This document shows, piece after piece, positions 14,037 to 27,500 of a stretch of 64,000 nt of DNA. Position numbers and translations under genes: made by a program. The notes beneath the pieces were generated by a model. The model made no database searches. It was not told the origin of the DNA and saw only the letters and a list, made by a program, of their open reading frames with translations. Position 1 is the stretch's first letter. Each line of letters opens with the position of its first letter. The stretch is taken from contig NC_134026.1 in the NCBI RefSeq assembly GCF_964204645.1, forward strand, positions 13,080,050 to 13,144,049, written 5' to 3'. The stretch comes from Tubulanus polymorphus. Taxonomy: Eukaryota > Animalia > Nemertea.

Positions 14037-16674
14037 AAAGGGAAGCAGATATGTACAGGCACGTATAAGTGGGAATCGTGAGACAATTACAATCATGGCT
14101 TGCGGTAATGCGGCAGGGCAGATGTTAGCGCCGAATGTCATCTTCAAAGGGAAAACTGCAGCATCCCTGCAGTGTGTTGATTCCAACCGAGCACCTCCCG
14201 GAACCACAGTGTCTGTATCTGAAAGTGGATGGACAAAGCAGGTTACAAATAATAGGCCTATACATAACCAGGAATCAACAACTTACTTTTAATCTATCTG
14301 ACTGTTCATAATTTGTATCATAATAGGGAATCGCAACACTGTGGTTTAAAAAGAGCTTTTTGCCAGCAATTGGCCGAGTTCGTCCGCAAGTTCTGATTTC
14401 AGATGGCCACAACAGCCATAATTTCTTAGAATTGGTGGAACTGGCTCGCGAAAATAACATCAAATTAGTTGAATTACCAGAGCACACATCACACTGGCTA
14501 CAGCCTCTAGATCGGTAGGTCTTCTTGCCCTTATTGATGTATACAATGTTATTTGATGTTTAAGTGTTCTTTTTTTTTAGAATGTGTTTTAAAATGTTGA
14601 AGTCCTTATGGAATGGCCTCTGTCAAAACTTCTCAAATCAAGATCCAGGACAAATCATCAATAAGAGTTGCTTTTTTGAGATTTTTACACCAACCTGACA
14701 AAGCATCTCACCTGAGTACTTGATTAATGGATTCAGGTCGTATGGAATTTATCCATTCGATCCATCGATAATTCCACCAGAGGCATTTCTACCATCCACC
14801 ACTACAGTTGCAACAGTCATCGCTGATGTAGTGAGTTATTTTCTATCCGTGTCATATGATCTTACCAAGTTGAATGAGAATACAATGATGCGTATTGGTA
14901 TTTTAGATCGCCGATCGTACACCATCTAGTGATGTTCTGTTGTTGGGATCAAATAAGGTATGACTTTTTACACTAAAACATATAAAACATAAATATAGTC
15001 AAAAATCATTTAAAATATTTTGCAATGACCTGTAACCTTAATTACTATATAGAATCAATTAACGAGTGAAAATCCATCTCAGGTGTGAAACAAAAAAATC
15101 TTTATCAATTAGGTTCATTGTTTGTTAATTAGTTGAAAAACCATTTCATGAGGTGTGAATAGTGATTTAATTTCACTTCAACTTTTTTATGATTTATTTA
15201 ATTTGTTAGACTAATGACCTGTTCGAGTATTGTTCGAGTATTGCCTTAAAGGCAATGGAATCAGCCATTTCATCGGAAATGAAGAAAAAATTTGAAGAAC
15301 GTTACACCGAAGGCTGTGACTTTACTAATGATGCACTGTATTGAGCATGGAAAATTTTGAAAACTAAATCATCAGCTGAAGTTATCGGTAGCTTCCCGAT
15401 CGAAAAAAACTCATTCCCACGTAAGAGTTAAGATCATTTTTAAAACAATGATAATACTTATTCGCCATGTAAATATGCAGTATGAATAATATATAATTAC
15501 AAACAAGTTGCATATACTTACTGATTAATTTTTATGTACTTAGCTGATCCGGACTATGATGTGCTGGATTATCCCGTACTGCGATGCCAACTGAAAAGAA
15601 AAGAAAACGCGATGATAAGCGTTATTTCATTCTAACTGCGGATGATGCATACACAAGTGCGGTTTCAAAACAGAAGTTGAAAGAACAAAAAGAAAAGGAA
15701 AAAGTGGAAAGAAGGAAAAAGAAATGTTTCACAACAGTAAGTTAAAGAACAGTTCTACGATTCATATCAAACGGTGAAAAACACACATCATAAAGAAATT
15801 AATTCAATAATTAATAAAAACTCTTGCAGGCTTCAACAAGACCAGAAAATAGAACTTGCTCCATTAATCCTGTAAGTTGAAAAAGATCTCTTGAAATGAG
15901 CTAATTTAATGAAAATTATATTCATACTTTGTATTCCTTTATTGTACAGGCTCTATCAAGACCAGACGAGGAACCATCATTCGTAGCTCACGTAAGTAAA
16001 AGAAGATCCAAAATCATACGCTCAGGGCTGTAGTTAACACTTTTCACATAAAAAAGGGTAGGCTAAAAAGATAAAAAAAAGTTTATCAAACAGTGATTAG
16101 GCACGACGATTTTACGTGAAATCAAGAATGGGTATAATGTGTAATTTTGAATATCTTTCAGGATCCTGAGTCAGAGACGAGTGGTTTGAATATGGTTCAT
16201 GAGATCAACATAAGATAAATTGCTTGCTGGGCTTGGAGATATAAAATATAGATAAATGGTCAATAGTAATAAGTAATTCATCTGTACCAGGGTACTTTGT
16301 TTGTAGTGAAGGTTCATATGTTGCTCTGTATCAGGAAGGTCAGAAGGGAAGGAAACACCTTTACTTCGGAGTGGTATGTATAAATCGGCTGAATTTTATC
16401 TGAAAGGAAAAATACAATTCATTTGATTGTTAAATTTTACTACTTGCAGATTCTAGAAATAGTGGATTATGGAGAATCGATGTCAGTTCAATTTCTCGAA
16501 CAATATTGCCAAAAGAATCTATTCGTTTGGCCTAATGTGGAACTAATTGAAGAGCATCCAGTTATGAAAGTCTTGAATAACTTGGAACCACCAGAGGTTG
16601 TCAACACGAGGATGCAGATGGCGTTCAAAGCTGCAGAATTTTCGAAAACTTGCGATTTGTTTGTGTGTATCTAA
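14037..16674 (+). pseudogene. Multi-exon pogo/Tigger-like (DDE_1) transposase pseudogene
   Basis: RETITIMACGNAAGQ...IFKGK...SESGW, then after GT-AG introns [10 protein letters not shown]...[16 protein letters not shown]; later exons carry stops; last exon (16423-16674) has FVWP motif. Confidence 0.8.
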
Positions 16675-16719
16675 TTCTATATTTTGTTACGATAGGCCTT
16701 CAGTTGTTTTGTTATTATT

Positions 16720-16900
16720 ATATAGGTATCTATGTGTAAGTATGTAGATGTTATATGTATACATTAATGTTAAAATATTTGTATGTATGTGATAATGTTT
16801 GTATGTATAATGTATGTTGTATATATGTATGTATGTTAATATGTATGTATGTATTTATGTTAGTATGTATGTTTATATGTATGTATGTATGATATTCAGC
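16720..16900. repeat. Degenerate (TATG)n microsatellite
   Basis: Repeated tatg/tgta units. Confidence 0.85.
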
Positions 16901-17556
16901 CTATGTTACAAGTATCTATGTTGTTTGTTACTCTTATTGTTACTCTCTAGTCTGTTTAATATTTTTAAATATTTGTGCAATAAAAATTTATGACTTTCTG
17001 TCAGGCCTTTTAGGCCCACATGTTATAGTTATTTAGTTTATTTACGTGTACCTTCTTGACGGCTTGCTGCACTTTCAAAGGTCTTCCTTTTATCCTGATG
17101 AACACTAACGGACAAAATTTTTTCATAATATATCAACCATCTAGTAAGTTGTAGAGATTTTTCCGCTCCATTGAAAAATAATTATTTATGGGATTCGAAC
17201 CCAAATGATGTGTTTATCCATAGAAGTATCCGATCTAACCAGTTATTACTCAATAATGCTACCACCCCCGTAGAAGCGATAAGTATAACCCAACTACGTT
17301 CTTATAGCCTAGTTTCATAGAGTACAGGCACAAAAGTAACAAATATTTGAATTTCCGAATTTATGTTGTGTCTGTAAATGTCTCCAACTGGTAAGTAATT
17401 TTATTAAATATGTTTCAAATCGATTCTGGAGTAATAAATAGAAGTAGAAATATCTGGCTGTTAAAATATCCGCCTCTCGGCGCATTTGCTCATGCCGAAA
17501 AATCATCCGTCAAAACAGCGCATCCGAAAATTACGTGGACTTACCCTAGGTAAACC

Positions 17557-18797
17557 AAACTAGGGGTCCAGGGACACCATGCCCACTTGGGAAGTGGTTT
17601 CAAATGCTCAACAATCTAACAATTTCAATATTCGACGCCCCCGGGTGACCATATACAAAAACCAATGACCTTGAAACTCACCACAATCATAGAACATGTC
17701 AGCAGCTACGATTTTGTAATTGATTGTGATAACAAAATATGCGTCGTTACCAATTTAATATGGAAATACTAAGTTATTCTACTATTCAACGCCCCCTGGT
17801 GACCATATTCAAAACCCAATAACCTTGTCACTCACCACAATCCTAGAACATGTCATGAACTTTGCAATTGATCATGGTAACAAAATATGCCTAGGTACCA
17901 ATATGATAAGGAAATACAAGGTTATTCTACTATTCAACGCCCCCTGGTGACCATATCGAAAACTTATTTCCTTAAAACTCACCACAATCATAGACGATGT
18001 CATGAGCTACAACTTTGCAATTTATTGTGGTGACAAAATATGTATTGGTACAAATATAATATAGAAATACTAAGATATTATTCAATGCCCCTGGTGGCAA
18101 TATACAAAAACCAATGAACTTGAAACTCACCACAATCATAGAACACGTTATATGCTACAACTTTCTAATTGTTCCATTGTCGTAACAAAATATGCTTAGG
18201 TATCAATATAATGTCGAAAAACTTTTTCCCACATACGATGAGTACTGGTGACACCAAGATGGCCGCCAATTGCGTCGTAATTGGCTGATCAAAAATACAG
18301 GTCTCAGGTATAAAACATCCCTTTCCAAAGAATACCCATCACAAATCGCAATGAGAAATGGCAAACCAGTAGCAAGCTACAGGACTCAGAATTCGGGCCA
18401 AAATTGACATTTTTGGGCACTTAAAAGATCCTAGGACGACCATCTTGAGTCCGATCAACCCGATTTTTCTTATGCTGATGGGTCCTGGGAGAGTTCAAAC
18501 GTACAAAAAAGATCAAAGTAATTGATCGAGTCTTCTTCAATATTTCCCTCAAAAAATTCAAAAACGTGTAAAAAGTGATGATTTTGGCGAACAACAATGG
18601 CTGCCAGTTGACCATCTTAATTCTGACAGGGCCAGTTGAAGATGTGTCTAGGGTAGATACATGTATAACCCAAATATCAAGACAAGAAGCGTCTTCAAAA
18701 CTTCCCAAAATAACTGGATTCCGTCTACGGACGGACTGACGGACGAAAAATGAACGCAATAGCCTGCTGGGACTAAAGTCCCCAAGTGGGCAAAAAA
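17557..18797 (+). mobile_element. Non-autonomous Helentron-type (HINE/pearl-like) element with an internal ~150-bp tandem array
   Basis: Subterminal IR GCCCACTTGGG (17581) / CCCAAGTGGGC (18781); 3' hairpin GGGACTAAAGTCCC; GACG microsatellite near the 3' end; 4 units of ~150 bp at 17628-18230; A-run flanks. Confidence 0.7.
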
Positions 18798-18833
18798 TTA
18801 CGGAAAATATTATTTATATTTAGCAGTGGCATA

Positions 18834-19165
18834 TTAATTGGGTGCTCTTCGATTAACGGAAATATTCACCCGCATATTCTTTATTGCGACAAGTCTGGGG
18901 CACAAACACGGCACTTTACTATGAATTACAGAAACATGAAAAAGGGCAAGCAAGAAGTCTATACGGGGTACCAGTAGGATATTAAGCGTGAAGCCGTCTA
19001 AACCCTTTAATAGTGTCAGTGGTGATAGTTTGAGGCCTCTGTTAATATTCTCGCTATATAAGAATTCTTTTTTTGTCAATATATCGTCTAGTACTAAATT
19101 CTCGCCACAGTTATGATATAGATCTTTTGCACTGGTAATAACCATGCCTCCCGCTATTGCCCGCA
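18834..19165 (-). pseudogene. Sola-like transposase fragment
   Basis: RAIAGGMVITSAKDLYHNCGENLVLDDILTKK aligns with RAIAFGKVIIKHAQDMYDYCNNCLVLNDDLTKR of the transposase interrupted at 33828/51046. Confidence 0.55.
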
Positions 19166-19889
19166 GTTCCATTCCCCTTGTGTTAAGGGAATCGTTTAAC
19201 GTATTCAGATGTGTTAGCTGCATGATAATCATGTTTAGGCCCTTTTTTATAATAAGTTGGATTACAGATTTGACGGGGAAAAAAATGAAAACAAAGAAAA
19301 TATTGTTTTCTCAAAACATTGAATTTATTACTAATTTAGTGATTGGGGGCGGGATTTGCAAAAAAAACAAGAAATTCTAAAAATGGGCTTGCTGACATGT
19401 TCGTACTAAGAGCTTGGTGGTTTTGTATTTCTGTTGTAGAATTAATCGAACTGATAACTTTTTAAAGAGCTAAGAAATCGGTGTTGTCTTACATTCATGT
19501 TACATGAAATATCATACACCCGCACACCGGGAATCGGAATGGTTTTATTGTAGACATGGACCAAGTTAGTGCAAGCTTTTAGATGGTTGTTATATGATGG
19601 TTGCCGAATATTGCGGTTTCTTTTCGGAATGTATCATATGTTGATAATTGCTAGAATACTAACGAGGACTGCGCTGAAATAATTTTGCATGCTGCATAGA
19701 CAAATTTACAGCTCAAAGAGAAAAGGGGACTAACTCGAGTGACTTCAGGTGAAGAAGCGAACACGAAAACAGACAGGAGCCACAATTATTTTTTCTTATT
19801 AAATGATAAAGACATAAAGCAAGAATAAGTTGCATTTCCTTCAAATGAAAATCCACTATGATCATCCGATAAAGTTAAAAGCCACCACA

Positions 19890-20754
19890 AACTATCGCCC
19901 CCTGGCTCTGTGGGACTAGGAATTCTGGCCAAAATTGACATTTTTGGGTACAAAAAGGTCATAGGACGGCCACCTTGAGTCTGATCGACCCAATTTTCCT
20001 AAAGGCTCATGTATCCTTGTGGGATTCAAATATATAGGAAAGACCAAGGTAATTGATCAAAGTATCTTCAAAATTTCCCTCAAAAACTTCAAAAATGTGT
20101 AAAAAGAACTGATTTTGGCGAACAACAATGGCTGCAAGTCGGCCATCTTGATTCTGACAGGGCCAGTTTTTCAGCTTGAAGATGTGTCTAGGGTAGATAC
20201 ATGTATAACCCAAACATCAAGAAATAACATTGAAGCGTCTTTAAGACTTCCCAAATAACTGGATTCCATCTACAGACCGACAAACGGACGGACGAAGGAC
20301 GAAAAGTGAACACAATAGCCCACTGGGACTTAAGTCCCAAGTGGGCTAAAAAGGCATAAAAAAGGTCACATTGAGGGCCATCTTGTGTCTCGATGGCACA
20401 ATTTTTCTCATGCTGATGCATCATGGGGGAAAAATTCTGAAAGATCAAGATAATTGATCAAAGTGTGCTCAAAATTTCCAAAATTTAAAATCTTCAAAAT
20501 TTCATAAATATGCAAAAGTGCTTATTTTGACAAAAAACAATGGCAGCCATCTTAATTCTGATCGGGCAAGTTTTCAGTCAGCAGATGTATCGAGGGTAGA
20601 TACATGTATAAACCAAAGAGAATAATCTATTGAAGCAACTCCTAAGTTTCCCAATATAACTGGATTCCGTCTCAGACAAACAGATGGACTAACGGACAGA
20701 CGAAAAGTGAACGCAATAGCCAGATGGGACAAAACGTCCTAAGTGGCCTAAAAA
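19890..20754 (+). mobile_element. Two tandem Helentron-type non-autonomous element 3' portions, same family as 18380-18797
   Basis: Shared sequence with 18380-18797 (gatgtgtctagggtagatacatgtataacc; gggact..agtcccaagtgggc); ends at ~20352 and ~20754. Confidence 0.7.
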
Positions 20755-22131
20755 TGTGATAGGACCTAAGTTAAAACATATGGCCAGAATGATCTACAAC
20801 CGATCTGACCCTTAAGCGACCAACTGTTTTGTTTCGACCTTTCATTTATCCTGTGTATTTCTCCCTGAATTTTAGTTGGACCCATTTCAATACCGCTATT
20901 AAATCAAACATGCTGGATTACCTGTGGAAAATAGGTCTTGTGACATTTATCAGAATGTGGAAGGCAGCTGTCATTTCTATAAACACCATACAAACCAGCT
21001 GTAATAAAAGATATATACGCTTGAAATTAAAGTATAATACTAGACCTAGTACAATATTAACCATTTTCTACAACTAAAGGTTCGATCAGGGGCCTCGCTT
21101 AGTTATTAGCGCATTTTAGTCACAATAATCAATGAGGCCTCATGATAATATTTGAAAACAGCATCCAAAAATTTTTCGCCTTTTCAGCATTTCGAGGATA
21201 ACCAATTACTTATTTTTCTAATAAATAAATGTGCTTTCCTTTCAAATAGAAATACATTAAGTAGTCCTTATAAGAATGAAACCACAAAAAGGCTAGGTGA
21301 ATTGCCAGTGAATTGTTCCAAAGTTTAAGTTGACACTGACTTAGGCTAGATAAAAATGTCATCTCATTCTGGTGAGTTGATGCACTAAACAAATATACAA
21401 ATGAACGAGATAACAAGGTAGGTAGAGAGAGGTATCGTTGAAAAATGCGAGCGCACCCCGGCTTCGATCCAGAAACCTACTACACCACACACGAGCACAT
21501 CATCATACTTGTTCGATAAGCAATTAGACGTAGCTTAAATATCAAAATCACCCCTACATACATTCTTGTTCACTCATCTGACGCGGTAAAGTTCTTTTAC
21601 GTGAGATTAATTCATGATACATGACTACATGCACAGTTGGAATGGGGCAATGGGAGATTACATATCTGTCTGAATTTAACAATACCTTTGCTGTTACTTA
21701 TTGAATCTGAGGCTGCTAATATCACTTAGCAGCGTATTCAGACTTGAGTAAATCTATATACTAATCTCATCATAAGTTAACCTGGGGGTGGGGGCATGGG
21801 CATTCATGTCCAGAAATTACACAGAACAGAAAGTAATAACTTCCCGAGGATTTTTCTCCGGAATTGTGCCCGAAATTATCGGATGATTTATTTCCAGAAT
21901 ATTTCTGGCCAGAGGTCAGATTTCCGGAGGATTTTTTTCCGGCATATTTCTGGCCGGGATGAGGGGTGGGCAGAATTCCGGAGGATTTCTTTCCAGAGGG
22001 GTTTTGATGTTTAGAAGTGTGAGGGTGTAGGGGTTAGGGTTTCGATGTGTTAGGGTTTAGGGAGTCTGCATTTGATGCGTTAGGGTTTACTGGGTTAGGG
22101 TTAAGGTAGGAGCACACGAGCGTTTTTGTTT

Positions 22132-22327
22132 CACCTGATCGCGGCAAATTTAAATCGCCCGAAAAATTCGCTCATGCTGCCACTCATGGCGACGATTTTG
22201 TCAGCCGACTCGATTGCCTGGCGAATCTCCCGTATCAAACATGTTTGATATTTTCAGCTGATTATTTATGCCCGCTCGTATCGGGCGTACGAATTCGCAG
22301 GCGAATTTAATCGTCGCAATCAGGCGA
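22132..22327. mobile_element. Small MITE-like inverted-repeat element
   Basis: cacctgatcgcggcaaatttaaatcgcc at the left is an imperfect inverse of ggcgaatttaatcgtcgcaatcaggcg at the right. Confidence 0.45.
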
Positions 22328-22992
22328 AAAAAGGAACTTTCCGGAATTTTGCGGAAAATTCTGTTATGTGTAATTTCTGAACTTAACTGGGCACGGCAAT
22401 CTAACAGGGCATGAAATAGGTGCAAGATTGCATTAAGCATACCCTGGACTGTGAAAATTGATGCAATCGGATAAAAGAAACTATAAGATATATTTAAAAT
22501 ACCTCTCATGATTCTGTCTTGGGATGGACTTATTGAATGCGATGAAGCATTCACACTGCAAGAACGTTTGTTCTTTTTTTTCCTACATCTTCTTTGTTTG
22601 GGAGCAGGCATACCAGATACTCGACCAATAAGACTTTCATCAACCTGTAGGAAAAAGGGCTCAAATTCATATAATCTGACCTTGCGAACACATGCATATC
22701 CCAGCTCCCAAACTCAGGTCCAGCATCAACCTTGCATTTTATTGAAAATTGCAATGTAGTTATTTGGCATGTAATCCGTTATTCCCCAAAAAATTATTAA
22801 TTGATAAGATACCATTGCCATATATGACATCAATTAACAGATATAGGACAAAATGTAAATCTGTGGAATCAAAAATCGCTTGCAATCTTGGATGACACAA
22901 TGACCTAGAATCATGTTATGGTAGTCATCTAACATTCTTGAGTGAAATATCAATGCTCTACATGAGGCCAAGTAAAAAAGATGCCTTCCTTT

Positions 22993-24099
22993 TCAGCAAC
23001 ATGTAGATATCAGACGAGAGCAGGAGTCTTTTATCTTTATTTTAGCCTGGATTAGGGTATCAACTAAGTCACAGATATCGTCCATGTAGGTATTACTTAA
23101 CAGCACCTCTGCAGCTATCGGATATTGCTCTTTGGCTTCTATGGCCATTTTACGGAACGTGGTCTTGGGCATCGCTACGGCTGGTTTGTCTCCGAATGGG
23201 ACGACTGACATCACATAAACGTCTTGCTCCTTTTCCGCGTCAAACTGTCCCCATCAGAAGCGATGAACATGTTGATCTACCTCGAGTATCAACACTCCAT
23301 TATACATCTTCGATATATCAGCCACAAGCGCAATTAACTTCTCGCAAAATCTCAAAACTATTCCCAACAGGTTGTTGAGCAAATCAGGGCCCTTCATCCA
23401 ATAGTCATTCAACAAACCTTGAAATGACACAGATGTATTGAAAACAATTCTCAGTACTAGATTTGTCCGGTCTCATAACTTCTCGATGACATATGTAATG
23501 ATTAGGACCCGTGTATTTAAAAACCGCCGAATCGGTCAGCTTTCTAGCGAATTTTTCTTTTACCATCATTTCCATTTGGTCATTGTAGGGGCGAGCATGT
23601 TCTAGAGTTCTTAAGAGCCTTTCTTCTGGGGACTTAAGTTTCCGTTCAACTTGTTTTCTATTATTCTGTAAGGACGACGGATCTCTAAGCCAAAGCATCA
23701 GGATCATCCACTGATTTCCGACCTTCTGACAAGACTGTTCGATCAGTTTAGCCTCTTCTCGTTTGACAGGGCTATTTTTATCAGGTTTCCATGTACAATT
23801 CTTCATGGTGACTCCCATCGATTCGGTGGTCGAGAAGTTCCGCAAATCAACTGGTCTATCAGCGTTTAAGTCTACGTGGAGTATTCCCATCGGACGAGCT
23901 TCCCTACTTAGCGGGTTTCTCCTCCGTGCATTTTGGCATGGTCGATCCCGATAAGGATGTTAACGGATCCAGTTCCACGGTATAAACAATTGCGTTTTGA
24001 TTTAAAACATCCCTCTAAATCTGGGAGATTGACCCTTGACACTTCTTCGGTAATACAAGGAATGCCAATTACTGGTACAGCGTGAACATAATCGCTCCC
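22993..24099 (-). pseudogene. BEL/Pao retrotransposon protease-RT relic
   Basis: ILIGID, FGDKP and NTYMDDI motifs in ORFs 23908-24111, 23405-23890, 22993-23214; frameshifted; cut by the LTR at 24100. Confidence 0.85.
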
Positions 24100-24455
24100 T
24101 GTTGAAGGCACATGCCTCGTTGACCATGGGCAGTGTCATTCACGGTCCTGATCACCGTGATCTGATTTTACAATAAGTTTGTACCTGCTGCCCTTAAGGC
24201 TTTCAGTGCCTGTCCAGTAATCCGGCACTATTTAAACAATAGAAACTTGTATGTGTAACCTGAACCTGGCTATATAAACCCTGTATACTATGTCACCTCA
24301 CTTCACTTATTTGGTAGCAATACATAATGCTAGATGTACATTAAAAGTTTGGTTGTTTTTTGCTCATGTTTGTTCCTGGCTGATGCTGCATTCTACTTCG
24401 TCAATATTCGCTGTTTGCTGTCTACAATCGCAAAAGTGTGGCTTGACCGCCAACA
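24100..24455 (+). repeat. 5' LTR of a BEL/Pao element
   Basis: TGTTG...CAACA termini, TATATAA at ~24271, followed by PBS. Confidence 0.7.
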
Positions 24456-24460
24456 TTTAT

Positions 24461-24478
24461 TGGTCCCTCGAGCCGGAT
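24461..24478 (+). promoter_or_regulatory. tRNA primer-binding site of the BEL element
   Basis: TGGTCCCTCGAGCCGGAT just downstream of the LTR; the same motif occurs at 53825. Confidence 0.75.
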
Positions 24479-24529
24479 GTCCGTACCTACTGATTTGAAC
24501 CAAAGGCAGCAACAACCACGATTTCCACG

Positions 24530-27500
24530 ATGGCAGAAGGCGGAAGCAGCAAGCCCATAGATGTTCTAAAAGCCTTGGAACGAGAGCGAGGATCCCACAA
24601 ATCTGTTTTCACGAGAAGATGCAACACTGCTGATGATATCGTTCATGTGAAAGGAAGCCGACGTGAGCTGCGTGAGTTACTGTTGCAGATTGATAAGAAT
24701 GAAGAAAAAATCCACGCAATCAATGAGAGATATGTCGCGATGTTGACTACTGACCAGGAGGTTGCTGAAGCAGATAGTTATATGGCTGAAGTTGAAACCC
24801 GTCATTGTCTTGTTTCTAAAACCATCAAAACTTCAAAGCTTCAAAACTGAATGATGGTACATCAAGTATCTCAAAGGCAAATTCTACAACCTCCACGTGC
24901 TCTAAGACCGTTGATGTTAAAGCCAAGCTGAAAGTTCTGCAGCTTACTCAACTGAAAAACAGATTGGAACAGGAGAAAAAAGAGCAAGAACTCCGTCGAC
25001 GTCGCCTGCTCCAAGAAGCCGAAGATGCAGCTGAAGTTGCAGCACTTGAAGCAAGTTTGATGAGAAGTGGAATTACTCTGCTAGAGGAAGAGCGTATGCA
25101 TGACTGTGATGATGTTGAAGAAGCTGATTCCACTCATGACCCGCCGCTAGCTACTGAAACTATGAGACTGCTCCAGCCTCGAGATGTTGACAACAGCTCC
25201 AGAAATTGCCATGGAAATGACCGAAACGTTGATGATACCCGAAATCGAGACGACCAAGACTTTTGACGCCATCAAAGCGATGACCGAAATAATGATGACA
25301 CCCGCAACCGCCTACTAGACTACCGAGATGATGACGATGACCGCCGTTTTGCTCGACGAAATCTGCCGTAGAGAGCAGTACAAACATCGCCATTTTCAAA
25401 GTCGCTGCCGATTCAGCTGAATGGCTACGATGGAATTTTCTCTTCCGAGCCTTGATTCATGACCAGCCAAAACTGACGGATGTTGAAAAGATGACCCACT
25501 TACAATCAAGTGTTGGTGGTACTGCCCTTCAACTGATCTCTGGTATGCTTTATGATGGACGACAGTACAACGATGCGATAAGAGCACTTCAAGACGGATT
25601 CGGGAAGGAAGAAGACATCGTTCATGCCTGCTTACGAAACGTGTTTGACCATCCACCAGTCAAGTTTCATGACACGACGTCCCTAGAGAGATTTCAAGGC
25701 ATGGTGCACGCAGCTGTAACGACGTTAGATACGCTTGGATACATTGGTGACATGACGAGTGCCGAAAATCTGAGAAGAATGATTCAGAAATTACCAATAG
25801 AATTGAAGAGAGATTGGGGTAAAGAAGCTGTGGCGTTAGAGGTCAACGGAGGACGTCCAAACCTCCGACGGCTGGATGAATGGCTGTCGCTACAAGTATG
25901 CATAAGTCTCAGCTATGCAGAAACAATTCCTGTGAAAACACTTGATGTCACTTCGAAGTTACCTCGGCAGAAATATGGTTTTTCTAGAACAGTGAACCTC
26001 ACTGGTGTGGAGCAAGAGCCATCCAACACTGAAAAAAAATCCGATGTCTGCCCCTGTTGGAGGACTGCCCAAGTTTCAAGAGGAAGACTGCGAATGAGAG
26101 AGCCATTTACAACGGTGAAAATGGTCGATGCTTTGCTTGTCTCCGACAAGGTCACAGATCAAGACGATGCAAGTACCGGAAGCCATGTGGTATCACAGAT
26201 TGCAAGTACAGACACCATCCATTACCACTACACCACTGGAAATGATAAAATCCAACAGTAAACCTGTAACTTCGTCGGCACCTGGAAATACAGCGGTCGG
26301 TGATAGTCATGCTGTCTCAACTCAGTCCGGTGGTGTAACCTTGTTACAGATCGTTCCTGTAAGAATTCATGGTAATGATGTTTCCTGTGATACATTTGCT
26401 CTCCTCGACCCTGGTTCGCAGACGTCGTTATGTACCGACAACCTCACAGAAAGGCTTAAATTAACTGGTGAAAGAAAACTCCTACGTCTTGGTATACTGA
26501 ATCAAGTGGTAATCCGAAATATACGCTGAAGCTGAAGCTCTACCCGACTCCGCTGGCAGATGGTGCAGCTGATTAGAAGATTCAAGTAGACGAAGTATGG
26601 TCAATCCCGCGTCTGAACATTTCCATGCCACAGGTTCGAGGCAAGAACAAGCCAAGATGGCTCCACCTAGAAGATATTTCCATTCCTGATGTCGATCATG
26701 GCCAAGTGGAGGTTTTACTTGGGGCCAATGTGATCGAAGCTGTGATACAACATTACATCCGAATTGGTAGCCCTGGTCAGCCTATTGCCATTAAGACTGA
26801 TTTTGGTTGGGCTATAACGGGTCCTACAAGAATGGTTACAGAAGCTAATCGAAATGTCCAGTATCTAAAGTCCATGTCCCTGAAGTCGATGTCCGACGAA
26901 TATGAATTTGACGAGATAATCCAGGAATGGTGCACTACCGAAGCCTTTGGTACAAAATACAACAAGCCGATAGCTGCATCCAAAGAAGACACCCGTGCAT
27001 TGAGTATCCTGAAGTCTAGGCCAAAAAAGATTGATGGTCAAGACCGCTACGAGACAGCTTTACTCATGAAGAAAGATGATACGTCACTGCCAAACAATAG
27101 ATTGATGGCTATGAAGCGCTTGGTATCTACAGAGCAAAACTTGCATCGACATCCTGACAGAATTGAAGCATACGACAACACTTTCAAAGATTATGTCGCC
27201 AGAGGGTTTGCACGAAAGCTGAGTCCAGAAGAAGCTGCCAAACCTAACCCGAAACGCTGGTTTTTGCCTCACCGTGCAGTTGTGAATCCGAATAAAGTCA
27301 AGCTCAGAGTTGTGTTTGATGCTGGAGCCACGTGCCAAGGGAAGTCGCTGAATAGTGAATGTTAAACGGTCCGGATTTGCTTCAGAATCTGAGCGGTGTG
27401 TTGATACGTTTCCTAAAGGCCCTGTAGCGATTATGGCTGATGTAGAGAAAATGTATCACCAGGTGAAAGTTGTGGAAGAAGATCAAGTCACACTGAGTTT

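Noticed and set aside
14020-16674. Host multi-exon gene
   Set aside because: The exons encode pogo-type transposase motifs and contain stops.
22030-22110. Telomeric (TTAGGG)n array
   Set aside because: Only a few interrupted units embedded in a dispersed repeat; same for ~7450-7480.
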